The notes under the pieces: generated by a model
What the model was told of the DNA's origin: nothing
The model's database searches: none
The model's input: the letters and a program-made list of their open reading frames with translations, nothing else
Made by a program: the position numbers and the translations under genes
Source: Chlorokybus atmophyticus
Lineage: Eukaryota; Plantae; Mesostigma and Chlorokybus algae
Length of the DNA: 64,000 bases
Assembly: GCA_009103225.1 (NCBI GenBank)
Contig: RHPI01000026.1
Span: 192,936-256,935 of the forward strand
Reading direction: 5' to 3'
Shown: positions 38,386-51,366 of the stretch, in pieces
How the letters are laid out: every line of letters begins with the position of its first letter
How positions within the stretch are numbered: position 1 is the first letter of the stretch

Positions 38386-40894
38386 CTACTTGAGCTCCCA
38401 TCTGTTAGCATTTGCTGTGCGTTGGGCCTCTGAGCCCTCATCATCAATGGCAGCTGCCTTGCCAGTTTTGGGGCGCTGCATTCGTGCTGCGATGCGGTCT
38501 CGTGCTGTTGGCGCAGGCTTTTTGGGCATCAACCTAGGCCTTTTTTTCCCAGCCCTGCCAACAACCTCATCAGCGTGTACACCCCACAACAGCAAACGCA
38601 ACTCGCAAATGAATAACTCTTGCATTGCATAGCTTGCAGAAATACGTCCATCACAAATAACAACAACCCTCAAAACTTGCCTGCCGGCAGGTTCATCGGC
38701 ATCTGGCAGCGGTTGCAAGCCTGTTGTCGCTGCCTCCGCCAACACTGCGTCATTGTACGCGCGATCAACTGCTGTGCGCGTGCGACCTCCACTTGCTGCT
38801 GCTACGGCTTCCTCGCGCCTGCGCACGTTCATCACGGCCGCCCTCAACAGGTCAGTTGAGTCTGGCTGCGGCCTGCCAGTGCTGCTATTCGGGCCGTCAT
38901 CTACTGACTGCAGCGGCACGCCGTGCGAGTCTCGAGGATTAATGGGGCCATGGAAAGGGCAACGCACAAGATCTCGCCTTGTGCACAATCTGCCATTCTT
39001 CAGTGGCGCATTGCACTGCTGCTGGTTGCTGCTGCTGGGAGCATAGTATGTTGCATGGTAGTTGGAGCGTTCAGCATGATCCGCAGGCAGCGCCTCGGTC
39101 AGATCAAACCTGCCCCAGTGACCGGTGATGTCCATGCCACGCCCGCCAACAGGCACCACACCACCCCAGTTGTCCAAGTGAGCGCCTGATGGCACGACAG
39201 GCGCTTGAGCTAGCAGCTTACCCCTCGAGGCGTCACTCGATGAGGAAGATGGCCGCTGTTGTTGAGATGAGTTAGGACCCGAATTGCTGCGAGTGCGTTC
39301 TACATGTGAAGCCCGAGGTGCTGAAGGATCAGGCTGCTCGGGTTGTGATGTTAACTCCAGTACAGCCTTATCCGGGTCCTCGTGTATTGCGTGCTTGTCT
39401 GATTGGCGTCTGTCTGCGTGCAGCACCTTCAAGTCATCGCACTTGGCCCGTGCTTTGGTAAGGCGGTTCCGTGTGTCAATGACTTCTCTTAACATGGCCT
39501 CTTTGGTTGCTCTTTCCATTGGCGCCTCCAAATCCGCCTTCATCAACACTGTGAGCCATGACTGCAGGGTCTCGGCATGGGCCAACATGACCTTGTAAGC
39601 GTCCCGCAAAGCGTCAAACAAGCTGGCGTTATCTGTGCCTTCACAAGCAATGGGCTCGCTCGTGTCGATATTTATCTGCAACGGCTCACTGGGTGGTGTG
39701 TTTGCAATAGCAGACGCAACATCTTCATCTTCAGGGTTGCTGTAAGCATCGGCTGCCGGCATTGCTGGTGTTGCTTCCTCCCAAGCAATGTCGTCCTCGT
39801 CCACATCACCACAAAGCGCAGGCACCAAGAGCTCGAAACACCTGTCTACTTCATCCAGGTTGGCCTTCATGGCCTCCAGCTGCTCCAGGTACTCTGCCTT
39901 CAACCGGTGAAACTTGCCAGTGGCAATTACTTTAGACCGAGCCTGCAAGCGAGGGCATAGACCTTGTCACATGGTTGCAAGCTGGCAAAGACAGTGATAC
40001 TACAAAGCATTCTCTCTCACCTCCTGCTCCTGTCGTGCACGCTCTGCAGCCTGCGCGCGTGCGCGCAGTTCTGGCACCTGCATACGCAGCGTGTCCTTCA
40101 CATACCGGTATGCCAGCGTCACCTGCGTTAAGGAAGCATGTCATTCCTGCAGCTTCACAGAGATTTGGACCTTTGCCTAGGCTGCCATGCTTTCTGCCTG
40201 CTAATTTGTGTCAGTTGTTGCACCGTGCACCATGAGACAACAAGCATGACAGCTGGTTCAAGCATGCAGGCTTTTGTATCAAAGCCACCAACAATGCAAG
40301 TTATTGTATTGAAGCCACCAACAACGCACAGCACACTGACCAAGAGCATATCACGAGCATAACCCAAAATAGTTTATATTGGAGGATATGTAACCACGGC
40401 GACATAGGTAGATAACGTCAGCAAGCCTAGCCTAGCCAAACCCTAACCCATACCTGCCTGTAAAAGCGGCCGTGAGCCTCATGCCACCTCTCCAAGGACT
40501 CCAGGGCAGTGCGGCGCAGAGTGTGAGCATCCTGCTTAGGGGGAGGCAGAGGATTCTCTGCCCTCGAACCCACGCACAGCTCCAGGAACTCGTCCATGCC
40601 GGCGGCCATGAGGGCGCGGAAGGCTCTGGAACGGGCGAAGAGGTGGTCGGCGAGCAGTACAGCATGAAGCCTCACGGCGGCGTGAGAAACGCGTAGGCGT
40701 TCCCTGAGGGCCCTGAACGCTGCCGCCGTAACTGCAAAACCCCCGCCGACGTCGTCCCGCCTGAGGACCTGCTTGAGCTGCGTCAAGGCGGCAGTGGGCT
40801 CCAGCCGCTGCCCTTCCTCGCCGCTGGTGAGCTCGCCGACCAGACGACCAACATGCTCAAAGACATCCCCACCGCCATGACCACCGCCATTCAT
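38386..40894 (-). CDS. UVSSA: UV-stimulated scaffold protein A (transcription-coupled repair)
   Basis: N-terminal VHS-like HAAVRLHAVLLADHLFARSRAFR...FLELCVG...PLPPP...LERWHEAHG and DUF2043-type CNAPLKNGRLCTRRDLVRCPFHGPINPRD; TAG 38386-38388. Confidence 0.92.
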
Positions 40895-42204
40895 AGCCAC
40901 AGCAAGACCCTTGCGGACCAAGCAGGCAGCTTTCTCAAACACTAACGCCGCCGCCGCCGCGGCCGCCGCCGCCGTCAGCAACGACCAGCACACAGACGTT
41001 GAAAAGCAATTTCCCGCCTGTTGCAGGCGCATGTGCAGTGCTCCCGCGTTGACGGCATACATTTCGCTTACAGCAAGTGCCTATATTTCATGAGTAGTAA
41101 AGTTATGAGTTAAACTTATACAGTTGTAGCCCATGAGACCTCTAGGAGTGTTGAGAATAGGTCTCATAACTTGTGAGACAGCTACATTGCGGTATCATCA
41201 GCAGGTTTCTCATCCGACAGTCCACCCTCGTTATTATGACTACGGACGTGTGTAGAGGCACTTTGGCATCATGCGCCTGCCGTTTACTCTATGATGTACG
41301 AAGTTGTCGTTGCTTCGATATAATGGTCATCATAACGCATTGATGTTGTGTGACATGCTGTTACTGTAACGAAGGTTCTTATTTCCGACTAATTCATGAG
41401 ATATTTGGATGTGGTGCAGAGTCGGACATCCCGGTACAATGACAATTGATTATGATATCAAATGCTACATACCATTCCACATGGTGACGACGACTAGTCT
41501 CTCTTACAGAGAGTGTGACAGTCACGAGGGTGTTATTGAGAAGAGTGTGATCACCGCTGTATACAGCCTACCCACGCGGCGTGGGTAGACTGTGTACGAG
41601 TGTTCATTATAATTGGAAAATCACAAAGCAGTGTATTTCGTATATACAAGCCACACGTATAACAAAGTAATGCCAAACACGATAATATTAACTATTAATA
41701 TTAATCATTTATCGACAATAAATGTAATATTGCTATCAAACATATTATCAGCAAGCATATGAGTTCGTATGCTAAACCATCACAAGTTTACAAATGTGCA
41801 AATGTAGTTGTGTCGCATGAGATAATGACCACATCATGATTGAGTCATATGATTTGTGGCAGCATAGGGTATGGTAGCACAGGGGCCACAAGCAATTGTG
41901 TAAACAAGCAGCAAAGCAACAACAATGAACGCAACAAGCACGCCACAACAAGCAACACACAGCTAGCCAGCTACACCAAAGCGGCTAGACCTATGTATAC
42001 ATTACACTTATTGTAAACATGCAACAATCTGTTGTATGCAAACGACTTATTGTTTGCGAGAACTTGTATATATGTGACAACACTTGCAACTGATGTATAA
42101 GAAAGCAGTTGTGCTGCTAATCACCATCCCGTGCGTGGCACGCACATGCTTGGTAGCATAGGTGTTACCTACTCCACCAATATCATAAGCGTTATAAGAC
42201 CGTC

Positions 42205-42759
42205 TGTGACGGGAGCAATAATAGGGATATTATTGCTACCTAAATGACACATTTTGTATGAATAAGTATATTTAAATACTTATTTATACCTCTTTTCTAC
42301 GGTTCCTCGCTTATCAAAGCTTATAATAGGTTATTATAGCTTGGATAAGTCCCAATGGGTGTAGAACCGCCTATCAAGCCTATTTAGTGTCGCATATCAT
42401 ATATGCGATCACTATAGTCAGATATTAAGTTAGGTACCTCGTCGCTAGGTACCCTATCGTTAGGTACCTTATCGTTCAGGACCTTATCGTTTGATATATG
42501 AGCTCTGGTTGGCTCACGCGAGATCTCTAACGGCAACCCTATCTATAGGGAGGATATCTACTTGTGAGTTCGATATCGAGATATATCATAGTGATGTACT
42601 CTTGATATAAAAGGCCCCATCAACTGATGGGGCCTCAATCAGTTTTCTACCCCTTGCAGCGCCATGCTGCCGGCGGTGTGATACGGCTTGTCTCCGGCGG
42701 TGTGGGTGTTGGGGTAGATGATTGAAGGGTTGTCGGCGGCGACGCCGGCATCTGTTACA
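42205..42759 (+). repeat. 5' LTR (555 bp)
   Basis: TGTGACGGG...GTTACA; differs from the 3' LTR by 15 substitutions and two indels (manual alignment). Confidence 0.96.
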
Positions 42760-43670
42760 TTGGTATCCAGGAGCTGGGGGGTGACGTGGGTACTTATAGG
42801 GGGCGGCGACCTGCTTTCGGCCAATCAAAATGCGTCGGCGGCGGCCTCCTATTCGTCCACGCAGCCCAAGCTTCAAGTTCGCTTCCCTGCGCTACCTCCA
42901 CGTTGAAGCCACCTATCAAAGAGGCGGCCTCTCCACGTGTGAGGTACCATCACACACGTCAGTGGCTTGCCTGCTTGCCTGCTTGTCAGCTGCTTGCCAG
43001 GTGCACATGTGTACTTTTACACACAGTGACTTGCCAGTGCACTATCATTGCTTGCAGTGATTGCCTGTCATTGCATGCGGTGATTGCGGCTTGCTAGTGT
43101 GCCATCACTGTTTGTCACACTTAGTGCACTATCATTGCTTGCAGTGATTGCTTGTCATTGTGCTTGCCAGTGCATGTCACAGTTAGTCACCATACGGCTT
43201 GCATGTTGCATGCCTGTGGCTTGCCTATTGCATGCCTGTGACGTACCTGTGACCTGCCAGTGGCTTTGCCCGGTCGCTTGACCGGTCGCTTGACCCGGGT
43301 CCGTAAGTTCCAAACCAAACTATTCCCAAACCCTCCCCCTCTGGCTCCGGCTCGGAGATTGGGACTTGGTTAGAACAGTTGTGGGGAGGTTCTAAGCCAC
43401 TCTGTTCCCAAACCCTGTTAGTCTGAAACCCTCCCCCTCTAGCTTCGGCCTGGAGATTGGGACTTGGTTGAGGACAACACAGGGTTAGGACATTCTGGTC
43501 CCACTCAGACTTGATCTGTTTAGTGACACTCCAGATCCAACCTTTCCTATTATGGGACTGGTTTGGACTCTGTTTGAGACTTTTACAACTTGGGGTCATT
43601 TTGATCCGCTCGCTGAACCTGGTCCATTGGTGAGGTTCTCACCATCCCATTCTGCCTGTTTTGCAGACAA

Positions 43671-44844
43671 ATGGAAGAAAACTCGGTGCCCACCTCAAAA
43701 GGGGAGAGCTCGGAAAAAGAGCAACCTTCCCGTGAGGAGGAATTTCCATCCATGGAAGATATTCCGAATCCGGATGATGCACCTGATAAGTCTCAAGCTG
43801 CCAATGCTGCGGAAGCCTCAGTGGATGATAGACCACCTTCTATATTCCCTGGGTGTTCTATTCGCATGACACAGCAGGACTTGATGGAGCATTTCCTTAG
43901 CACCTATGATCAGGACCCTCGTGAGGCAATTGTCTCATGAGTGAACTTTCTCTTCCTTTCGGCAGAAAAAGTTTCAAAGCTCACCACCTTTATGGGGCGA
44001 TTGGGAGGGGCAGATGGGTGAAGGCAAACGTGTTTTGAACATGATCGAGCGTCTTCAACGTGCTGACGGTGGTCCACCTGTTCAAGCTCTTGCTCGTCCT
44101 GCCGAGTTTGTTCCCAACAAGCAAGCAGCCATCTTCGACTGGCTTGTGAAGTTGTGACACTATGTCAACTCCCTTCACATTTCTGAGGAGGGGAAACTGC
44201 GTGTAGCTGAGTTGCTGATCCCAAATGATGCTCTGGCAGAGTGGTACCGCCGTAAGCAACGGGATACAAACCTCCGGTGGGAAGTAAATCAGTTGTGCTC
44301 TTTCATGGAGCAGCGCTATGGTGGCGCAGATCCTGCCCAGGTTGCTCGCAACCAGCTGCACAACCTGCGTCAGAACGGGCGTCCGGTTCAGCAGTATATC
44401 CAGGATTTTCAATTGTTTGTCAGCAAGATCAATGCTGGCAAACTACCTATCAGTGATGCTGATCAGCTGGATATGTTCAGGCGTGGCTTGGACACAGATC
44501 TTGTGCAGCATGTGGCCGTCAACCCCGCGAGTTTGCAAGAGTGGGCCTCGACAGATTTACCAATGCTGATGCAGATGGTTGCTGCTGTGGACAGTGTAAA
44601 GCGCTCTCACGCAAACATACAAACCACGGCAAAAGAGGCAGCCCCGGTTTCAGCTGCAAAGCGCCCGGCCACTGACAACAAACCTTTTGTGAAAAAGGCG
44701 AAAACATCTCATCCTGCTAGCCCCTACAACGCGGCCAAATCCATCATCATTTGCAGTTTCTGCAAGAAGACAGGTCATGGGGAGGCTAAGTGCTATGCAA
44801 AACAGAATGCACAGAAGGCCAAGCAGCAGAGAGACAAGAAATAG
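43671..44844 (+). pseudogene. gag: Retrotransposon gag with CCHC zinc knuckle, interrupted
   Basis: ARNQLHNLRQ...VQQYIQDFQ...DQLDMFRRGL, knuckle CSFCKKTGHGEAKC; in-frame TGAs at 43942 and 44155 plus a frameshift near 43920. Confidence 0.85.
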
Positions 44845-44847
44845 GAA

Positions 44848-47800
44848 TTGTCCGTGGTTGGTAGCTTAGTCAAGCAGAACAACTTTAAAAACTCTGTACT
44901 TCTTGATAAAGTTTCCTCTCTTTGTGATGTATCAGATGTATGGACTGATATGAGCACACCACCTGTGTTGACAAATGCAAACGGTTGTGTTTTAATCAAT
45001 GTTCCATTCTCTAAATTAGTAATTGCTGTTAAGCACTTACACGAGTTGCAACTACAACATGCTGTCACTGCATATGTAGTTATCCCTCGATATCATGGCC
45101 CGTGGTCGCGATTATTGAAAGGGGGAGAAGTGATTATGCAACTCTCACGCAAAGATACAGGAACTTCACCATTACAAGTGATCTTTATCAAGCCTGCTAC
45201 TAATCACGGCACTCCGACAATAACTACATTTGATGGCCACTCCGTGCCACTCAAATGGAGATTTGAGAGCCAACTTATGGGCGCACCATGTACAGCATTA
45301 AATGATACTGGTGCAAACCATAACTTTATTGAACATGCTTGGGTGAAACGTAATAACATTCCGTTCACACCAGTCACGTCATATGTACGTGCTGCTGGTT
45401 CCACTCTCAATGCAATGGGAGAGGTAAAAGGGCGTTTTGTTATCAATGGCCATAAAACCCGACCAGCCTTCATCGTGGTGGATATTGGTATCCCCGAGGT
45501 GGATGTTGTTTTAGGGGAACAGTGGCACACTGAAGCAGGTTTACAATTAGACTCTCGAGCCAATACGCGCACCCTTCGTAAAGGGAAATGTAGGATGACT
45601 TTAACAGCATCTGTACTCGCACATATAGCTCGCGATAATGTTCCGCTCCTCTCTGCTAAGCGATTGAAACGTTGCATGCGTAAACGTGAGTATACTTACT
45701 GCACTTACGACAAGTGGAAACCTGCTGAACAGGCTATCAGTGACCCTGTGGTGCAGTCACTTACGAAACAATACGCAGATGTATTTCAGGATGAACTCTC
45801 AGAGTTGCCTCCCGATCGAAACATACATCATACCATTCCGTTAGAGGAGGGGGCAAAGCCACCTTGGCGGCCTATATACAGGCTAAGTCCCTTAGAACAT
45901 GCGGAGATGGAAAAACAGCTCAAAGAGTTATTGGACAAGAGTTTAATAACAAAGAGCATATCTCCTTTTGGTGCACCCATTTTGTTTGTGCTCAAAAAGA
46001 ATGGCAAGCTACGCATGTGTGTTGATTACCGTGCGTTGAACAAAATAACTGTGAAAAACAGATATCCTTTGCCTTGGATTGATGATTTGTTTGATAAGCT
46101 ATCAGGTGCAACAGTGTTTAGCACACTGGATCTGACAAGTGGTTGTCATCAAATCAAAATCCACCCGTCGGATATACAAAAAACTGCATTTCGCACCCCA
46201 CTAGGACATTTTGAGTATAAAGTGTTACCATTTAGGTTAACAAATGCACCGGCTACATTTCAGACAGCAATGAACGCGGTATTTGCTGATGAATTGTACA
46301 AGTTTGTACTGGTATATCTAGACGACATTATTGTGTTCAGCAAAACCCGGGAGGACCACCACAGGCATGTGGAATTGGTTCTAGTTAAGTTACGCGAACA
46401 CAAATTCTATGCACACCTGTCCAAATGCAACTTTGCAAAGGATGAACTACCCTTTTTAGGGCATGTGATTGGCAAAGAAGGATTCAAATCAGATCCTCAA
46501 AAGGTGTGTGTGGTAAAGGATTGGCCACCACCCAAGGATGTACATCAGTTACGTGCTTTCTTGGGACTAGCTATTTTCGCAAGTTCATGCGAGCATACTC
46601 TAGCATGGCAAATCCATTAACATCTTTACTTCGTAAGGATGTAAAATTTGTGTGGACGGAAACACACGAGGTTGCATTTACACGCATCAAAAATGCGTTA
46701 ACACAAGCCCCTGTGTTAGCTTTCCCCGACCATACCAAGCCTTTTGTGGTGATCAGTGATGTTTCCACCATTGGGTGTGGGGCTGTCCTTCTACAGAACG
46801 ACAGGCCGTGTGCATATGGAAGCAGAAAATTCAATCCTGCCGAGCGCAATTACACAACCACTGAGCAAGAACTGCTTGGTGTTGTGCACGCGTTGCGCAC
46901 ATGGCGTTGCTACTTGGAAGGAGTGGAGTTTTCAGTAATCACTGATCATAACCCACTCACATTTTTCCATACGCAACAGAATCTGTCGAGACGGCAAGCT
47001 AGGTGGAATGAGTTCATTTCTCGTCTCGTTTCACTTTCACTTGGCAATACCGCCCGGGTCGCACCAATGTGGCGGATCCACTAAGTCGTAGCCCTGCTCT
47101 CTTGGCACTTACGCGCTCTCGGAGTACGCGTAATGCGCAACAGCCTGAAGACCCTTTCTTGAAGGAAGTGTCCACAGGTTACGCCTCAGATGATTGGTTT
47201 CGCAGTCAAACCAACTTGCAACGGCTTACTGCTGTCAGCAATTTGTGGTATAAAGGGGAGCAATTGGCAGTTCCCAACTCGGGCGACTTGCGTAAGCAAT
47301 GCTTGCAATCAGTGCACAACCCGCCGTATGCTGGGCATTTGGGTAAACACAAAACACTCAAAGCTGCGCAACAGTTATACTGGTGGCCATCGATGTCGAC
47401 TGATGTGGATCAGTACGTTCGCACATGTGATATGTGTCAACGTAATAAGCCACTACGATAAAAACAAGCGGGAGTGCTTAAACCGTTGGCAATCCCAAAA
47501 CAAAAGTGGGATAGTGTCAATATGGATTTGATTACTGACCTACCTGAAACAGCAGCTAAATACACTGCTATTGTGGTTTTTGTCGATCGCTTGACGAAAA
47601 TGGTGCATTTTGCCCCGTGTTGCACAACTGTGAGTGCACGGGACTTGGCACAGTTATTTGTGTCAACGATCTTTAGAGTTCACGGTGTACCTCGTGAACT
47701 CATCACAGATCGTGATCCTCGGTTTGTCTCCAATTTTTGGAGAGAAATCTGTGATTTGTTGGGGGTAAAACAAAGCATGTCGACGGCTTTCCACCGGCAA

Positions 47801-48571
47801 ACAGACGGGCAAACCGAATGATCAAATCAAATCCTGGAAGAAATGCTTCGCCATTATGTGGCTTCTGATCACTCTGATAAGGACAGGTACTTGCCAATGG
47901 CAGAGTTCGCTGTAAACAATGCGTTGCAGGAAAGTGTAAAGGAAACCCCATTCTTCTTGAATTATGGGATTCACCCGAACACACCAGCGTCATTGCGCGT
48001 ACCTCGCAATGCCCTTACTGTACCAGCGGCAACAGATTTTGCCATTGCTATGCAGGAACATTTGGCTCGAGCCAAACTATGTCTGTCAGCAGCACAAGAC
48101 AGGTAAAAAGCTTATGCCGATGCGCATCGCAGAATGGCCATCTTCGATGTCGGCGATAAAGTTGTGCTTAATGCAAAAAACATAACCATCAAAGGTACGG
48201 GTGCTTGCAAGTTGCTGCCCCGATGGTTAGGTCCTTTCTTTGTCACTGATAGAGTTGGTACGCACGCTTACCGACTGCAGTTGCCCCCGAGCATGCGTAT
48301 ACACGACGTGTTCCATGTGAACTTGTTGAAACCTTACCGCTCAGACGGTAGAACACAGCCTCCACCGCCACTAGTTCAGGTGAACAGCGAGCTTGAATAC
48401 GAGGTGGAAGCTATATTGGACCATAAGCTAAATAGTCGAGGACGCGCAACCCGCTATTTGGTGAAGTGGAAAGGGTATGGCCCGGAACATAACAGTTGGG
48501 AGCCCGACAGGCATCTTACGCACTGCCGCGAGTTGCTTCGAGCTTATTGGGATTCACATCCCAACCCATAA
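44848..48571 (+). pseudogene. pol: Retrotransposon pol (MTase-like insert, protease, RT, RNase H, integrase, chromodomain), interrupted
   Basis: NDTGANHNFI, LRMCVDYRALN, YLDDIIVFS, VISDVS...YTTTEQELL, H/C integrase zinc finger, MDLITDL, YEVEAILDH...YLVKWKGYGPEHNSWEP; frameshifts near 46570 and 47040, stops near 47459, 47819 and 48104. Confidence 0.95.
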
Positions 48572-48717
48572 ACTGTGGGCTTGGTTTATGACAGACTGGC
48601 AGTGCAGTTTCATAACCACCCTGTCATTGCCTGCTATCTCACTGGTATCAATTACTCGTACTCAAGCCTGATCAACTTGAGTTCAACGAGGACGTTGAAA
48701 TCCCAAGTGGGGGGGAA

Positions 48718-49290
48718 TGTGACGGGAGCAATAATAATAGGGGTATTATTGCTACCTAAATGACACATTTTGTATGAATAAGTATATTTAAATACTTATT
48801 TATACCTCTTTTCTACGGTTCCTCGCTTATCAAAGCTTATAATAGTTTATTATAGCTTGGATAAGTCCCAATGGGTGTAAAACCGCCTATCAAGCCTATT
48901 TAGTGTCGTATATCATATATGCGATCACTATAGTCAGATATCAAGTTAGGTACCTCGTTGCTAGGTACCCTATCGTTAGGTACCCTATCGTTAGGTACCT
49001 TATCGTTGAGGACCTTATCGTTTGATATCTGAGCTCTGATTGGCTCACGCGAGATCTCTAACGGCAACCCTATCTATAGGGAGGATATCTACTTGTGAGT
49101 TCGATATCGAAATATATTATAGTGATATACTCTTGATATAAAAGGCCCCATCAACTGATGGGACCTCAATCAGTTTTCTACCCCTTGCAGCGCCATGCTG
49201 CCGGCGGTGTGATACGGCTTGTCTCCGGCGGTGTGGGTGTTGGGGTAGAGGATTGAAGGGTTGTCGGCGGCAACGCCGGCATCTGTTACA
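48718..49290 (+). repeat. 3' LTR (573 bp)
   Basis: Preceded by the purine tract AAGTGGGGGGGAA; has one extra 15-bp TAGGTACCCTATCGT unit and an extra AAT. Confidence 0.96.
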
Positions 49291-51366
49291 CCGTCGGACG
49301 ATTGATGAGGCATGCACTCGCACAAATTTTAGATTCGCAGCTTTTGCTTAAACGCCTAAGGCCCATGGGCTGAGATTGCAGCATGGTAAAGTGCTTAACT
49401 AGGCTGACGTGTAAGGAAACCGAGCACCTTTTGTGCCTTATTATTTTCCCGAACAAGTTAGCTGCTGCAATCTGCACAATGTCGGTAGCGTGCTGATTAG
49501 CAACTGCTCGATCTGCATCATTTATTTCGTGAGTGCCTGCACGCATGCACACTGATTATTAACCGGACACCTTGCATGCAAGTTGCAGTAACAAAAGTGC
49601 ACAGCAATCAACAGGCAATGCGCAACAGGTTACAACAGACATCAAGTGCAGACTGGTCGCAACGTGCAAACCTACAGTACGCGTGCAATACTCCAAGCAG
49701 CAACTGCTACAAAGAAGACACGTTCTCACTCTCTGTACACATGCACCACTTTGACCAGCAGATGGTACAGTTTTTGTACAAGCGCCTCCATTCGTCTGCA
49801 AAGAGGTGAGCAGCACACGTGAAGACCGAAGCTTGCACTCCTTTTGTCAACTCAGCAGCCACAGCTGCAGGCAATCCCTCATCTGCACACAACAAAGCTG
49901 TGACTTCTTGCTGTGCATCATCAATGCAGTGCTTACATTGGGCACATGCAGCCCTTATCAGATTCCGGACGAAAACACAGCACTGTGTCACACCCACATC
50001 ATACTTGACTATTCCTTGAAGGATGTCACCTCCACAGAGACAGGTTGCTGACCAAGTTCTTGCCCAACTGATATACTAATATGTGAACGTGTGTAAGAGT
50101 AATGAGCTGCTGTCCAACCTGAACCCAGCTCTGAGCCCATGCTGTTGGACGCAATCAGCAAGGAGGCGGCGAGCGTTGCGCATATTGCCAGCACAGCAAC
50201 CACCACCGGTGACAAGCACAGTGAAGGCTTTGCGGACTGGGCTTCTGCGCAACAAAGCAGCCCACGCTCACTCAGCCTGACCTAGCAAAATCACCAGGCC
50301 AGCACCCATCTCACAAGCGCCTGACCTGCGCTGACGTCAGTAACGCCCGCCCTGTCTTCCGCCTTGCGCCCGTCTGCAAGTTCAGTAAGCCCCTGCCAGC
50401 CTCCTACCTCAGCCACATTGACGCACATTGGCGATCATGCCGTCACCCCCACCGCTGCTGCCTGCTGTCCAAGTCGCCCAGCCAGAATTTACCAAACAGA
50501 TATCTGCATGAAGGCGGACTACTAGCGCTGGCCCTTTGATATCCGCAGTGCCAGACTTGATATGCCCAAATTTAACGTAATACGGCTGCCAAGCCTGCAA
50601 TCTCGGCAGCGAGTTGCCCCAGAAAGTGCCGCCAGAAGAGCTCTCTGAGGTACGTAAGCCTCACAAATGAACCATGACACGCATGATCGCAGAAGCAAAC
50701 CAAAACAAGTACATTTAGAGCTGCCGGATGGCAGTCTTTTTTCTGTATTCCATGGGACACGAGCGTACAATACAATCGCACCACGTGTTCCGCTAACTAA
50801 CCATGTCCACTAACAGACCTGCACATGCGTCTCTAAGCAAGGGCTGTGTAAGAAGGACAATGGAGCTGCTGCTGTAAGTATGCTCAACTGAGTTTATCCC
50901 TTAATCAATAGCAAGGTTACATTACTACTTCACTACTGGGACTGCTAGGAATCCCTTATTGAGCGTGGGCCCTCCTTATTGTGTCAATCAGTGCTGAAGT
51001 GGCTATGAAGCGCAACCTTTGCGCCTCGGATTGGTTGGTCCGACAGAGGGGAAGCGTGCGTAACGCCTCGCTTCTTTATTCAAAACTGGCACAGCACATG
51101 TACCTGAACCGGGAGCCCTCAGTACTGGTTATACAGTACTGGGGTCGCGGCTTTTCAGGCCTGGCACCTTATTCGTCTCTTTTGCTTTTCGGTGTTGAGA
51201 AGAAGGAAATGTATCATACAACTTGGGGTATGCTGCGAGGCAGCAGCGAATGTCCCGGGACTTATGCGTGCGCTTTATTTAACTGGCCGGCTGGTGCAGC
51301 GGGCACGTGAGGTGCAGCGATAGGGAGAACAGTGTGCAGGCATGGAGCACGGCTGGGCCAAGGTGA

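Larger units (their letters stand above)
42205..49290 (+). mobile_element. Full-length Ty3/gypsy chromovirus LTR retrotransposon, decayed, with 5-bp TSD CCGTC
   Basis: TG...CA LTRs at 42205-42759 and 48718-49290; CCGTC at 42200-42204 and 49291-49295; PBS-like TGGTATC after the 5' LTR; polypurine tract before the 3' LTR; gag-PR-RT-RNaseH-IN-chromodomain order. Confidence 0.97.

Noticed and set aside
41100-42200. AT-rich stretch as a possible TE remnant
   Set aside because: No terminal repeats, TSD or coding motif could be identified.
49700-50790. Possible minus-strand membrane-protein gene (VVVAVLAICATLAASLLIA)
   Set aside because: One hydrophobic exon-like segment only; no supported start, splice chain or family.
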